Source of the DNA: an uncultured Methylomirabilota bacterium
GTDB lineage: Bacteria > Methylomirabilota > Methylomirabilia > Methylomirabilales > 2-02-FULL-66-22
Assembly: GCA_963705305.1 (NCBI GenBank)
Contig: OY970067.1
Location: forward strand, 3,392,001 to 3,456,000
Direction: 5' to 3'
DNA: 64,000 bases
How positions within the stretch are numbered: the first letter of the stretch is position 1; each line of letters opens with the position of its first letter. Made by a program: the position numbers and the translations under genes. The notes under the pieces were generated by a model. That model saw only the letters and a program-made list of their open reading frames with translations, had not been told where the DNA came from and did no database searches. Of this stretch, positions 55,040 through 64,000 are shown piece by piece.

Positions 55040-56263
55040 ATGGGCCAAAGCGTGGCGCGCCAGGTCTACACCGTGAGCGCCCTCACCACCGGGATCAAAG
55101 CCGTCCTTGAGGACGGCTTTTCTGCCATATGGGTGGAAGGCGAGCTGTCCAACTTCAAACACCACACCTCCGGGCACATGTACTTCACGCTGAAAGACGC
55201 CCAGGCGCAGATCCGGGGGGTGATGTTCCGAGGGAACAACCGCCTGTTGAAGTTTCACCCCAAAGACGGCCTGGCGGTGCTGGTGTTCGGGGCGCTGACG
55301 GTCTACGAGCGGCGCGGCGAGTACCAGATCGTCGTCGAGTTCATGGAGCCGAAAGGCCTGGGGGCGCTCCAACTCGCCTTCGAGCAGCTCAAGGCCAAGC
55401 TGGAGGCTGAAGGGCTCTTCGACCCGGCGCGGAAGCGCCCGCTGCCGCGTTTGCCCCGGCAGGTGGGCATCATCACGTCCCCCACGGGCGCGGCGATTCG
55501 GGACCTCCTCACCATCATCGGGCGGCGGTTTCCGGGGCTGGCGGTGCTGATTCACCCGGTGCAGGTCCAGGGAGATCAGGCTGCGCCCGAGATCGCGGCG
55601 GCCCTCCGGCGGCTGGGCGCGCGCGCCGACCTGGATGTCCTGATCCTGGCTCGCGGGGGCGGGTCCCTGGAGGATCTGTGGGCGTTCAACGAGGAGGTCG
55701 TCGCCCGGGCCATCGCGGACTGCCCCCTCCCGGTGATCTCGGCCGTGGGGCATGAGACGGACGTGACCATCGCCGACTTCGTGGCGGATCTCCGGGCCCC
55801 CACCCCTTCGGCGGCGGCGGAGCTGGTCTCCGCGCAGCGGAACGAGCTTCGCCAGCGCGTGGATGAGCTGGCGGCCAGAGGCGCGGCCGCGGTCCAGGGG
55901 CTCGTGGCGGCGCGCGGCCAGCGCGTGCGAATGCTGGGGCGCCATCTGGCGCTTCTGAATCCCGTCGCCCAGGTGGGGCGACAGCGCGAGCGGGTGGTGC
56001 AGCTGTCGCGGCGGCTGGGGCTCTGGTGGCAGACCGCGCGGGCGCTGTACTGGGAGCGGCTGCGCCGCCTGACCGGAACGCTGGAATCACTCAGCCCCCT
56101 GGGGATCCTGGCGCGAGGATACAGCATCTGCTTTGCCCTCCCCGATCGGCGCGTCCTGAAGGGCTCGGAGGAGAGCGCGGTCGGGGAGGATGTGGTGGTG
56201 CGGCTGCATCGCGGGGAGCTGGAGTGCCGGGTGCGCGTGGTTCGCGCCGGCGGGGAGGGTTAG
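55040..56263 (+). CDS. xseA: Exodeoxyribonuclease VII large subunit
   Basis: WVEGELSN, SGHMYFTLKD, RGGGSLEDL, AVGHETD, RAPTPSAAAE. Confidence 0.96.
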   Translation: MGQSVARQVYTVSALTTGIKAVLEDGFSAIWVEGELSNFKHHTSGHMYFTLKDAQAQIRGVMFRGNNRLLKFHPKDGLAVLVFGALTVYERRGEYQIVVEFMEPKGLGALQLAFEQLKAKLEAEGLFDPARKRPLPRLPRQVGIITSPTGAAIRDLLTIIGRRFPGLAVLIHPVQVQGDQAAPEIAAALRRLGARADLDVLILARGGGSLEDLWAFNEEVVARAIADCPLPVISAVGHETDVTIADFVADLRAPTPSAAAELVSAQRNELRQRVDELAARGAAAVQGLVAARGQRVRMLGRHLALLNPVAQVGRQRERVVQLSRRLGLWWQTARALYWERLRRLTGTLESLSPLGILARGYSICFALPDRRVLKGSEESAVGEDVVVRLHRGELECRVRVVRAGGEG

Positions 56264-56509
56264 GTGGGGGAACCGACCTTCGAAGAGGCCTTGGATCAAC
56301 TGGAGACCTTGGTGGCGCGCCTGGAGGCCGGGGATCTTCCGCTGGAGGAGGCGCTCAAGACCTTCGAAGAGGGAGTCCGGCTGACCCGGCTCTGCTCCGC
56401 GCGCCTAGAAGACGCCGAGCGGCGCGTCCGGCTCCTCGTTCCGTCGCCCGACGGGACGGAACGGGAAGTTCCTTTCGACGTGGGGACAGAAGGGGAGACC
56501 CATGAGTGA
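56264..56509 (+). CDS. xseB: Exodeoxyribonuclease VII small subunit
   Basis: FEEALDQLE..V..LE.GDLPLEEAL..FEEG. Confidence 0.93.
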   Translation: MGEPTFEEALDQLETLVARLEAGDLPLEEALKTFEEGVRLTRLCSARLEDAERRVRLLVPSPDGTEREVPFDVGTEGETHE

Positions 56510-57410
56510 CGTGGGGCCGGGGGACACCCTGGCTGGGATGATGACAGAGCGGCGGAAGCTCGTGGATGCGGCTCTGGACCGCTGGCTGCCGGAGGCGGGG
56601 GATCGCCCGCCCAAGATCCATGAGGCCATGCGATACAGCGTCTTTGCGGGCGGCAAGCGCTTGCGGCCGTTGCTGGCCCTCTTGGCCTGCGAGGCCGTGG
56701 GGGGGAAGCCCGAAGATGCCCTGCCCGCCGCCGCGGCCCTGGAGATGATTCACACCTATTCGCTCATTCACGACGACCTGCCGGCCATGGATGACGACGA
56801 CTTCCGGCGTGGGCGGCCGACCTGTCACAAGGCCTTCGGGGAGGCCATCGCCATTCTGGCCGGGGACGCCCTCCTGACCCAGGCCTTCCAGGTGCTGGCC
56901 GACCCGGCCGCCGGCGGCGTGCCGCCCGCCCGCCGGCTCCAGATCATCGCTGAGATCGCCGAGGCTGCCGGCAGCCTCGGGATGGTGGGGGGGCAGGCCC
57001 AGGACATTCTGGCCGAGGGTCAACACATCGATCTGGCCACGCTCCTGTATCTGCATACGCACAAGACCGGGGCGTTGATTCGCGCTTCCATTCGCGCGGG
57101 GGGGATCGCCGGTGGGGCGGAAGGGGACCGGCTGGAAGCCCTCACACGGTTTGGTGTTAAGGTCGGTCTGGCGTTCCAGATCGTGGACGACATTCTGGAC
57201 ATCGAAGGCAGCAGTGAGCTGCTCGGCAAGACCGTCGGGAGCGACGCGCGAAAGAAGAAGGCCACCTATCCCGCCGTGGTGGGTATGGAGGAATCCCGGC
57301 GCGAGGCGGCCAGCCTGCTGGCGGAGGCCAAGGAGGCCTTGCGGCCTCTGGGTCCCGCCGCCGAGCCGCTCCTTGCCTTGGCGGATTTTGTGGGTCAGCG
57401 GCGGCACTGA
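56502..57410 (+). CDS. ispA: Farnesyl diphosphate synthase
   Basis: GGKRLRP, LIHDDLPAMDDDD.RRG, KTG, FQIVDDILD. Confidence 0.93.
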   Translation: MSDVGPGDTLAGMMTERRKLVDAALDRWLPEAGDRPPKIHEAMRYSVFAGGKRLRPLLALLACEAVGGKPEDALPAAAALEMIHTYSLIHDDLPAMDDDDFRRGRPTCHKAFGEAIAILAGDALLTQAFQVLADPAAGGVPPARRLQIIAEIAEAAGSLGMVGGQAQDILAEGQHIDLATLLYLHTHKTGALIRASIRAGGIAGGAEGDRLEALTRFGVKVGLAFQIVDDILDIEGSSELLGKTVGSDARKKKATYPAVVGMEESRREAASLLAEAKEALRPLGPAAEPLLALADFVGQRRH

Positions 57411-57446
57411 ATCGCATCGCCGCGAGGGAAAGGGAAGGAGAACGTC

Positions 57447-59351
57447 GTGTACCTGGAGCTCATCGAATCGCCGGCCGACCTCAAGCGGCTGAACCGGTCG
57501 GAGTTGCAGATAGTGGCGAAGGAGATCCGCACCCTCATCATCCAGACGGTGGCCCGCACGGGGGGGCATCTGGCCTCCAACCTGGGGTCGGTGGAGCTGA
57601 CCCTGGCGCTCCACTACCTGTTCGACTCGCCCCGGGACAAGATCATCTGGGATGTCGGGCATCAGGCCTACGCCCATAAGATCCTGACCGGGCGCCGGGA
57701 CCGCTTTCATACACTGCGCCAGGAGGGGGGAATCAGCGGCTTCACCCGCCGCAGCGAGAGCCCGCACGATCCGTTCGGAGCCGCCCACGCCGGCACGGCG
57801 CTGTCCGCCGCCTTGGGGGTGGCCGAGGCCCGCGACCTGGTCGGGCAGGGCTTCCACGTCGTGGCGCTGGTGGGAGACGGGGCCCTGACCTCCGGCCTGG
57901 TCTGGGAAGGGCTAAACCAGATCGGCGACCTGCGGCCCGATATCCTGGTCGTCCTGAACGACAACACCATGTCCATCTCGCCCAACGTGGGGGCCGTCTC
58001 TGCCTACCTGAACCGGGTGATGACGGGCCGTCTGGCGACCCGGGTTCGCCAGGAGACCAAGAGCTTCCTGGGACAGATCCCGCGGGTGGGCAGCCAGATC
58101 GCGGACATGGCCAAGCGCGTCGAGGCGATGGCCAAGGGGTTGGTGACGCCGGGCGTCCTGTTCGAGGAGCTGGGGTTCACCTATGTGGGGCCGCTGGATG
58201 GACACAACCTGGGGCATCTCCTGGATACTCTGGAGAACGTGCGGCGGCTGCCGGGACCTGTCCTGATGCACGTGGTCACGGTCAAGGGAAAGGGCTACGC
58301 CCCGGCGGAGGGGGACTCCGTGACGTGGCACGGCGCCGCCCCCTTCGAGGTGGAGACCGGTGCGTTCCTCAAGAAGCCCGGCCCCAAGACCTATACCGCG
58401 GCCTTCGGCGAGGCCATGATCAAGCTGGCCGGCGAGGACGAGCGGATCGTGGGCATCACGGCGGCCATGGCCGAGGGGACGGGCCTGGCGAAGTTCAAGG
58501 AGGCGCATCCCGCCCGCTGCTACGACGTTGGGATCGCGGAGCAACACGCCGTGGTCTTCGCGGCCGGGCTGGCCACGCAGGGCCTGCGCCCGGTCGTGGC
58601 CATCTACTCGACGTTCCTCCAGCGGGCCTACGACCAGGTGATTCACGATGTCTGCCTGCAAAATCTCCCCGTCACCTTCGCCATGGATCGGACCGGGATC
58701 GTGGGGGACGACGGACCCACGCACCAGGGGCTGTACGATCTCGCCTATCTCCGCACGGTGCCCAACCTCGTCATCCTGGTCCCGCGCGACGAAAACGACC
58801 TGCAGCACTGCCTGAAGACGGCGGTGTCGCATGCGGGGCCCGCCGCCGTCCGCTATCCGCGGGGGCAGGGAGACGGGGTGTCCATCGATCAGGAGGCCAG
58901 GGTCTATCCGCTGGGGACGGCCGAGCTGCTCCGCGAGGGGGAGGACGTGCTGCTGTTGCCGCTGGGGACCATGGTCCAGCCCGCCCTGGAGGCGGCGGAG
59001 GCGCTCCAGGAGCGAGGCATCTCGGCGGCGGTCGTGAACCCCCGCTTCGTGAAGCCGCTGGACCGGGCGCTCATTCCGGACGTGGCTCGCCGGGTGGGCC
59101 GGGTGATCACGATCGAAGAGCACGCGCTGGCCGCCGGTTTCGGCTCCGCCGTGTTGGAGCTATTTCAGGAGCTGGAGCTCACCCGGGTGCAAGTCCACCG
59201 CCTCGGCATTCCGGATGTCCTGGTCGAGCAGGGGAGCCAGCAGGCGATGCGCCGCCGCTACGGGCTGTCATCCGAGGGGATCCAGGAGGCGGCGGAGGCG
59301 CTGGTGAAGGTGCGGCGGTTCGGCCTGCAGCGGGGGGAAATCGTGGCGTGA
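57447..59351 (+). CDS. dxs: 1-deoxy-D-xylulose-5-phosphate synthase
   Basis: GGHLASNLG, WDVGHQAY, GDGALT, NDN.MSISPNVG, IAEQHA, YSTFLQR. Confidence 0.97.
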   Translation: MYLELIESPADLKRLNRSELQIVAKEIRTLIIQTVARTGGHLASNLGSVELTLALHYLFDSPRDKIIWDVGHQAYAHKILTGRRDRFHTLRQEGGISGFTRRSESPHDPFGAAHAGTALSAALGVAEARDLVGQGFHVVALVGDGALTSGLVWEGLNQIGDLRPDILVVLNDNTMSISPNVGAVSAYLNRVMTGRLATRVRQETKSFLGQIPRVGSQIADMAKRVEAMAKGLVTPGVLFEELGFTYVGPLDGHNLGHLLDTLENVRRLPGPVLMHVVTVKGKGYAPAEGDSVTWHGAAPFEVETGAFLKKPGPKTYTAAFGEAMIKLAGEDERIVGITAAMAEGTGLAKFKEAHPARCYDVGIAEQHAVVFAAGLATQGLRPVVAIYSTFLQRAYDQVIHDVCLQNLPVTFAMDRTGIVGDDGPTHQGLYDLAYLRTVPNLVILVPRDENDLQHCLKTAVSHAGPAAVRYPRGQGDGVSIDQEARVYPLGTAELLREGEDVLLLPLGTMVQPALEAAEALQERGISAAVVNPRFVKPLDRALIPDVARRVGRVITIEEHALAAGFGSAVLELFQELELTRVQVHRLGIPDVLVEQGSQQAMRRRYGLSSEGIQEAAEALVKVRRFGLQRGEIVA

Positions 59352-60143
59352 CGGTCGCCCGGCGGCGGATCGATCTCCTGCTGGTCGAGCGCGGCCTGGC
59401 CGCCAGCCGCGAGGACGCGCAGCGGCTCATCCTGGCGGGCAAAGTGCAGGCGGCGGGGCGGCGCGTCGAGAAGGCGGGCACGCCGGTGCCGCTGGAAATC
59501 CCGCTTCAGGTGGCAGGGCCCGCCCACCCGTTTGTGAGCCGGGGCGGCCTCAAGCTCCAGCACGGACTGGAGGCATTCCGGCTGGATCCGTGCGGCCGCG
59601 TCTGCCTGGATGTGGGGTCCTCGACCGGCGGCTTCACCGACTGCCTGCTGCAAGCGGGAGCGCGCCGGGTGATCGCGGTGGATGTGGGGTACGGCCAGCT
59701 GGCCGCACGCCTGCGGGCCGATCCCCGCGTGCAGGTGCTGGAGCGGACGAACATCCGGCACCTGGAGCCTTCCCGTCTTGCGGATCGCCCCGACCTGGCG
59801 ACCATCGACGTGTCGTTCATCTCGCTGGCGCTGGTGCTGCCGGCGGTGCGCCGGCTGCTGGCCCTCCCCTCCAACGTCGTGGCGCTGGTCAAGCCGCAGT
59901 TCGAGGTGGGGAAGGGGCAGGTCGGGAAACGGGGAGTCGTTCGCGACCCCGCGCTGCATCGGGCGGTGCTCGAGCGCACCGCTGCCGTTGCGAGGGAAGA
60001 GGGCTTCACGGTGTCCGGGATGGCGGCCTCTCCCCTCCTCGGTCCCATGGGCAACCGGGAATTCCTGATGTATCTCTGTGTCGGAGGGGTCGGGTCCGAA
60101 CGTCGGCGGGCTCATCGATCGGGTCCTGGCCCCTGCCGGGTGA
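59348..60143 (+). CDS. tlyA: TlyA family rRNA methyltransferase, apparent frameshift near 60077
   Basis: S4 domain RIDLLL, VSRGGLKL, DVGSSTGGFTD, DVSFISL, VKPQFE, GNREF; the plausible C-terminus and TGA (60141) lie in the +1 frame. Confidence 0.88.
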
Positions 60144-60149
60144 GGAGCC

Positions 60150-61007
60150 ATGCAGCGCATCGGCATTGCGGTCAAGCCGCACAAACCCGAAGCCGCGCCG
60201 GTCCTCCGGGCGCTGGTGGACTGGCTGCGCAAGCGGGACTGCGCGGTGCTGTGGGACCGGGAGGCGGAGGCCCTCTGCCCCGACCTGGGGCCCGGTGCCC
60301 CTCGAGCCAACGTCGTGGCCGGGGTGGACCTGATGATCGTTCTGGGAGGGGACGGGACGCTGCTCTCGGTCGCCCGGCTCACGGGACCGCGGGAGGTGCC
60401 GATCCTGGGGGTGAATCTGGGCGGCTTGGGGTTCCTCACGGAGGTGACCCTCCAGGAGCTCTTCCCCAGCCTGGAGGCGGTCCTGGAAGACCGGTTTGCC
60501 GTGAGCCGGCGGCTGACCCTGCGGGCGGAGGTGCAGCGCGGCGGGGAGGTCATCGCCGGCTATCAGGCCCTCAACGATGCGGTCGTCAACCAGCGGGCCC
60601 CCTCCCGCGTTGTGGACCTGGAGGTGCACGTCAACGGCGAGTACGTGGCCACCTTCCGGGCCGACGGGCTGATCGTCGCCACGCCGACCGGCTCCACCGC
60701 CTACTGTCTCTCCGCCGGCGGTCCCATCATCTATCCGTCGCTGCCGGCCGTGGTGATCATTCCCATCTGCCCCCACACGTTGACGAATCGTCCGCTGGTC
60801 CTGTCCGATACGGCCCTGGTCGAGATCCGGCAGGGCTCGGCCGGCGACAACGTCCACCTGACGGTGGACGGGCAGGAGGACGTGCCGGTGCGCTTCGGGG
60901 ATGTGGTCTCCATCCGGCGCTTGGATCGAACCATCACGCTGGTCAAGTCCCCCAAGCTGAACTACTTCGAGCTGCTGCGAACCAAGCTGCGCTGGGGGGA
61001 GCGCTAA
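60150..61007 (+). CDS. nadK: NAD kinase
   Basis: LGGDGT, GVNLGGLGFL, ALND, DGLIVATPTGSTAY. Confidence 0.96.
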   Translation: MQRIGIAVKPHKPEAAPVLRALVDWLRKRDCAVLWDREAEALCPDLGPGAPRANVVAGVDLMIVLGGDGTLLSVARLTGPREVPILGVNLGGLGFLTEVTLQELFPSLEAVLEDRFAVSRRLTLRAEVQRGGEVIAGYQALNDAVVNQRAPSRVVDLEVHVNGEYVATFRADGLIVATPTGSTAYCLSAGGPIIYPSLPAVVIIPICPHTLTNRPLVLSDTALVEIRQGSAGDNVHLTVDGQEDVPVRFGDVVSIRRLDRTITLVKSPKLNYFELLRTKLRWGER

Positions 61008-61013
61008 CGAAGG

Positions 61014-61150
61014 CAGCCAACAGCTATCAGCCATCAGCTGGGGATACGGAAGGGCACGGGGCAGCAGGCCGGCGGCAGTTGGCCTCACGGCCAACGGGAA
61101 TTTGCTCTGTTCGTATTCGCTGAGCGCCGAATGCCGAATGCTGATTGCTG
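61014..61150. repeat. Inverted heptamer array between nadK and recN
   Basis: CAGCCAA CAGCTAT CAGCCAT CAGC (61014-61038) and GCTGAGC GCCGAAT GCCGAAT GCTGATT GCTG (61119-61150). Confidence 0.75.
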
Positions 61151-61164
61151 GATTGGACAACACG

Positions 61165-62874
61165 ATGCTCCGCGAGCTCACCATCCGCAACGTCGCGATC
61201 ATCGAGACGCTGCATCTCGTTTTCCGGCCGGGGCTCACCATCCTTACGGGAGAGACCGGCGCGGGCAAGTCTATCTTGATCGACGCCCTGCAGCTCGTGC
61301 TGGGGGCCAAGAGCAGCGAAGACCTTCTGCGGGCCGACGCCGAGGAGGCGGTCGTGGAGGCGGCCTTCGACCTGCCGGCCGGCGCCAGGGCCCTGCTGGA
61401 CGCCGAGGACATCCCGGCCGAGCCGGGAGAATTCCTGATGCTGCGCCGGCATCTGCTGCGCGAGGGGAAGAGCAAGGCGTACGTCAACGGACGGCTGGCC
61501 TCGGCGGCGAGCCTGCGGGCGCTGGCGGAGCGGCTGGTGGACATCCACGGGCAGCATCCCGGGCAGCCTCTCCTGGACCCGCGCCGGCACCGCGAGGTCC
61601 TGGACGCCTACGGGGGGGCGACCGAGGAGGTCCGGGCCTACCGCCAGGCCTATGGACGCTGGCAGGCGCTGCGGCGCGAGCGGGACGACCTAGCGGCCGA
61701 CGAGCGGGATCGGGCCCAGCGCCAGGATCTGCTGGAATTTCAGCGCCGCGAGATTGAGGGGGCGCGGCTTGACCCGGAGGAGGAGGACGTCCTCTCTGCG
61801 GAGGCCACGATCCTGGCCAATCACGAGCGGCTGTTCGGGGCGGTCGAGCAGGCGTATGCAGAGCTCGAAGAGTCGGAGGGGGCCGTCCTGGACCGCCTGG
61901 CCGCCGGCACGGCCCGCGTGCGGGAGGCCGCGGCCATCGATCCGCGCCTGCGGGAGATCCTGGAGGTCCTGGAAGCGGGCGTCGTCCACGTCCGCGAAGC
62001 CGCCCGGGGGCTGCGCGACTACCGGGCCGACATCGAGTTCGACCCGCGGCGGCTGGAGGTCATCGAGGCCCGCCTGCACGAGATCGGCAAGCTCAAGCGG
62101 AAGTACGGCGCCAATGTGCGGGAAGTCCTGGAGCACCTGGAGCGCGTTCGGAAGGAGCTCGACGCCGTCGGCCGCTCGGAGGCCCGCCTGACCGAGCTGG
62201 ACCAGGCCCTCTCGGCGATCCAGCGGGAGCTCGTGGAGCGGGCTGGACGGCTGTCGGGGACCCGGCAGCGTGCCGCCCGCGCTTTACGGGATGCCATCCT
62301 GGGCGAACTCCAGGAGCTGGGCATGGCCAAGGCCGCTTTCGAGGTGCGGGTGGCGACCGACCGCCCGGCGGACTCGGAATTCGGGCCGCACGGGATCGAC
62401 GAGGTCGAGTTCCTGATCTCGCCAAATCCCGGTGAGGCGTCCAAGCCGCTTCACAAGATCGCTTCGGGGGGCGAACTGTCGCGGGTCATGCTGGCGATCC
62501 GCACCATCCTGGCCGCTGCCGACGAGACCCCGACCGTCATCTACGACGAGATCGACGCCGGGATCGGCGGGAGCATGGCCGAGGTGGTCGGCCGCAAGCT
62601 GGCCGCCGCATCCCGCCGGCACCAGGTCTTCTGCGTCACTCACCTGCCCCAGATCGCCTGCTTTGCCGACCAGCACCTGGTGGTCGCCAAACGAGCGCTT
62701 CGCGACCGGACGGAGACGTCGGTGCAGGTCTTGGCGGATGCAGGACGCCCTCAAGAGCTGGCCCGCATGCTGGGGGGACCCAGCGGCTCCACAACGGGAT
62801 TGCAGCACGCCGCCGAGCTGCTGGAAGCGGCCGGACGCCAGAAACGGCGACTACGACCCTCCTCTTCCCGGTGA
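61165..62874 (+). CDS. recN: DNA repair protein RecN
   Basis: LTGETGAGKS, DIHGQH, ASGGELSR, DEIDAGIGG, VTHLPQIA. Confidence 0.96.
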   Translation: MLRELTIRNVAIIETLHLVFRPGLTILTGETGAGKSILIDALQLVLGAKSSEDLLRADAEEAVVEAAFDLPAGARALLDAEDIPAEPGEFLMLRRHLLREGKSKAYVNGRLASAASLRALAERLVDIHGQHPGQPLLDPRRHREVLDAYGGATEEVRAYRQAYGRWQALRRERDDLAADERDRAQRQDLLEFQRREIEGARLDPEEEDVLSAEATILANHERLFGAVEQAYAELEESEGAVLDRLAAGTARVREAAAIDPRLREILEVLEAGVVHVREAARGLRDYRADIEFDPRRLEVIEARLHEIGKLKRKYGANVREVLEHLERVRKELDAVGRSEARLTELDQALSAIQRELVERAGRLSGTRQRAARALRDAILGELQELGMAKAAFEVRVATDRPADSEFGPHGIDEVEFLISPNPGEASKPLHKIASGGELSRVMLAIRTILAAADETPTVIYDEIDAGIGGSMAEVVGRKLAAASRRHQVFCVTHLPQIACFADQHLVVAKRALRDRTETSVQVLADAGRPQELARMLGGPSGSTTGLQHAAELLEAAGRQKRRLRPSSSR

Positions 62875-62990
62875 GGGGTCGGCACTTCTCCTTTCCCATA
62901 CCCCAAATCGTGCGCCCATCGACGCAAATGGGATGCATGCGCGGTAGGAGAAGGATCTTCCCCCTCTGCTTTTGATGGCTAGGAGAGTTT

Positions 62991-63056
62991 TAACCCATTG
63001 AAAATACGGGGGAGGGAATTTATGCCATGGCCGGGCCGTTTGGCCGGGTTGTTGCA
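62991..63056 (+). promoter_or_regulatory. Sigma54 promoter with upstream IHF-like site
   Basis: TGGCCG-GGTTG-TTGCA (GG-N10-GC, 63041-63056); TAACCCATTGAAA (62991-63003) has one mismatch to the IHF consensus on the minus strand. Confidence 0.6.
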
Positions 63057-63120
63057 CTTGTTCCATACGAGTCTTTATGTATCCGAGACCGATTATCCAT
63101 TGAAAGGAGGTGAAACTCGA

Positions 63121-63348
63121 ATGAAGAAGCTCGCGACCATGATCATGGCGGCCATCTTTGCAGTGACGTTCACCGGTTTTGCGTTCGCGCAGGCCCCGGC
63201 GACGACGCCCGCCCCGACGCCCGCTCCGGCGACCGCTCCGGCTCCTGAGAAGAAGGTCACGAAGAAGAAGGCCACCAAGAAGGCCACCAAGAAGGCCACC
63301 AAGAAGGCCACCAAGACGACGGAGAAGAAGGAGGAGAAGACCCAGTAG
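63121..63348 (+). CDS. Small secreted Pro/Ala/Thr- and Lys-rich protein (Asr-like composition)
   Basis: AAGGAGGTG RBS, signal peptide ending AFA, (KKAT)4 encoded by AAGAAGGCCACC repeats. Confidence 0.85.
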   Translation: MKKLATMIMAAIFAVTFTGFAFAQAPATTPAPTPAPATAPAPEKKVTKKKATKKATKKATKKATKTTEKKEEKTQ

Positions 63349-63375
63349 CCCTTCTCCATTCCTTGGGTGTTGGTT

Positions 63376-63415
63376 CATCGAGGGCACCCCAGCAGGGGTG
63401 CCCTCGATGTTTTTT
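63376..63415 (+). terminator. Rho-independent terminator
   Basis: 15-bp perfect stem CATCGAGGGCACCCC/GGGGTGCCCTCGATG, then T6. Confidence 0.85.
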
Positions 63416-63440
63416 CCGGGGAGCCGTCCGGGGATTGGCC

Positions 63441-63469
63441 TTGACTTTGAGCCCGGGTTGGACTAGAAA
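63441..63469 (+). promoter_or_regulatory. Putative sigma70 promoter of the riboswitch leader
   Basis: TTGACT-17nt-TAGAAA. Confidence 0.45.
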
Positions 63470-63537
63470 TCCACCCCACGAGCGCCGATGGACAGCGAGC
63501 GGCGCCGGAAGGAGGATGCCGGCAGAACCGAATAGGC

Positions 63538-63742
63538 AAAGCTGAGTGGTCCCACCGGGGGACCCTCGAGGGAAAATGGTGCATCCCTGGCCAGCCGAGA
63601 TCGACGGCTAAGGGAGACTCCATTGCTGCCCCGCAACTGTGAGCGGCGTCGAGAAATCTGCACAGATCACTGTTCCGTGCAGTACGGAACGGGAAAGCGC
63701 AGAGAGCACGCGGAGCCGCGAGCCAGACACCTGCTCAGCTTT
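63538..63742 (+). ncRNA. Cobalamin riboswitch
   Basis: P1 AAAGCTGAG/CTCAGCTTT; AGGGAA..GGTG; GCTGCCCCGCAACTGTGA; CACTG; GGGAAAG; B12 box GAGCCAGACACCTGC. Confidence 0.88.
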
Positions 63743-63824
63743 CCGGGTTTTACGATCCTTCCGCGGGGAAGGGCAGCCCACCATCTACCGGTCCTCCGGT
63801 GATTGCCCGGGACTGTTGGATTCT

Positions 63825-63859
63825 GGAGCCTCGTTCCCCCAGTGGGATCGGGGCTTTTT
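63825..63859 (+). terminator. Terminator in the riboswitch expression platform
   Basis: AGCCTCGTTCCC/GGGATCGGGGCT stem, then T tract. Confidence 0.6.
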
Positions 63860-63862
63860 GTG

Positions 63863-64000
63863 TCTTAGCAGGCTGCTGAAAAAGGCCCATCTGCTGCGTT
63901 GGCCCGCTCGGGCACTCGTTGCGGCGTACCGGAAGTACGCCTCACTTGGCCCCGGGTACCCATCCCGAGGGATGGGTGAGGCCGCCTTGCCGTTCGGCGG
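63863..64000. mobile_element. MITE-like element, left part (runs off the window)
   Basis: 32-bp end identical to 260-291; internal hairpins GCGTAC-CGGAA-GTACGC and ACCCATC-CCGAGG-GATGGGT. Confidence 0.65.

Noticed and set aside
63265..63315. AAGAAGGCCACC tandem repeat as a CRISPR or mobile repeat
   Set aside because: 12-bp in-frame coding repeat (KKAT) with no spacers

Overview
This is a GC-rich, mostly + strand chromosomal region of a diderm (LPS-producing) bacterium. Gene order and repeat style suggest Methylomirabilota/Rokubacteria or a Deltaproteobacteria-like lineage; this is inference only. Contents in order: (1) an epimerase 3' end, a geranylgeranyl-reductase-family gene, a Gfo/Idh/MocA oxidoreductase, trpB2, a NYN/LOTUS protein and a two-receiver regulator; (2) a nucleotide-sugar operon (PMM, split PMI/GMP, gmd, ugd, UXS); (3) hldA-kdsB-pyrG-kdsA-msbA; (4) about 20 kb of mosaic LPS core/glycan genes (GT9, GT4, GT2, a deacetylase, methyltransferases, an ArnT-like GT-C, an ArnB/DegT aminotransferase); (5) kdsD-kdsC-ptsI-metK-ahcY; (6) lptG/lptF, comEC, an uncharacterised two-gene operon and an EamA transporter; (7) xseA-xseB-ispA-dxs-tlyA-nadK-recN; (8) a small secreted Lys-rich protein with a sigma54-type promoter, and a cobalamin riboswitch. 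I saw no rRNA, tRNA, CRISPR array or transposase. The most unusual signal is non-coding: 7-bp-periodic arrays, often inverted, sit at housekeeping gene junctions. One TTCGAAA element occurs twice in opposite orientation within coding frames. The window also holds nested MITE/REP-like elements, two candidate structured RNAs and two apparent +1 frameshifts. All calls come from reading motifs by eye; no searches were run.
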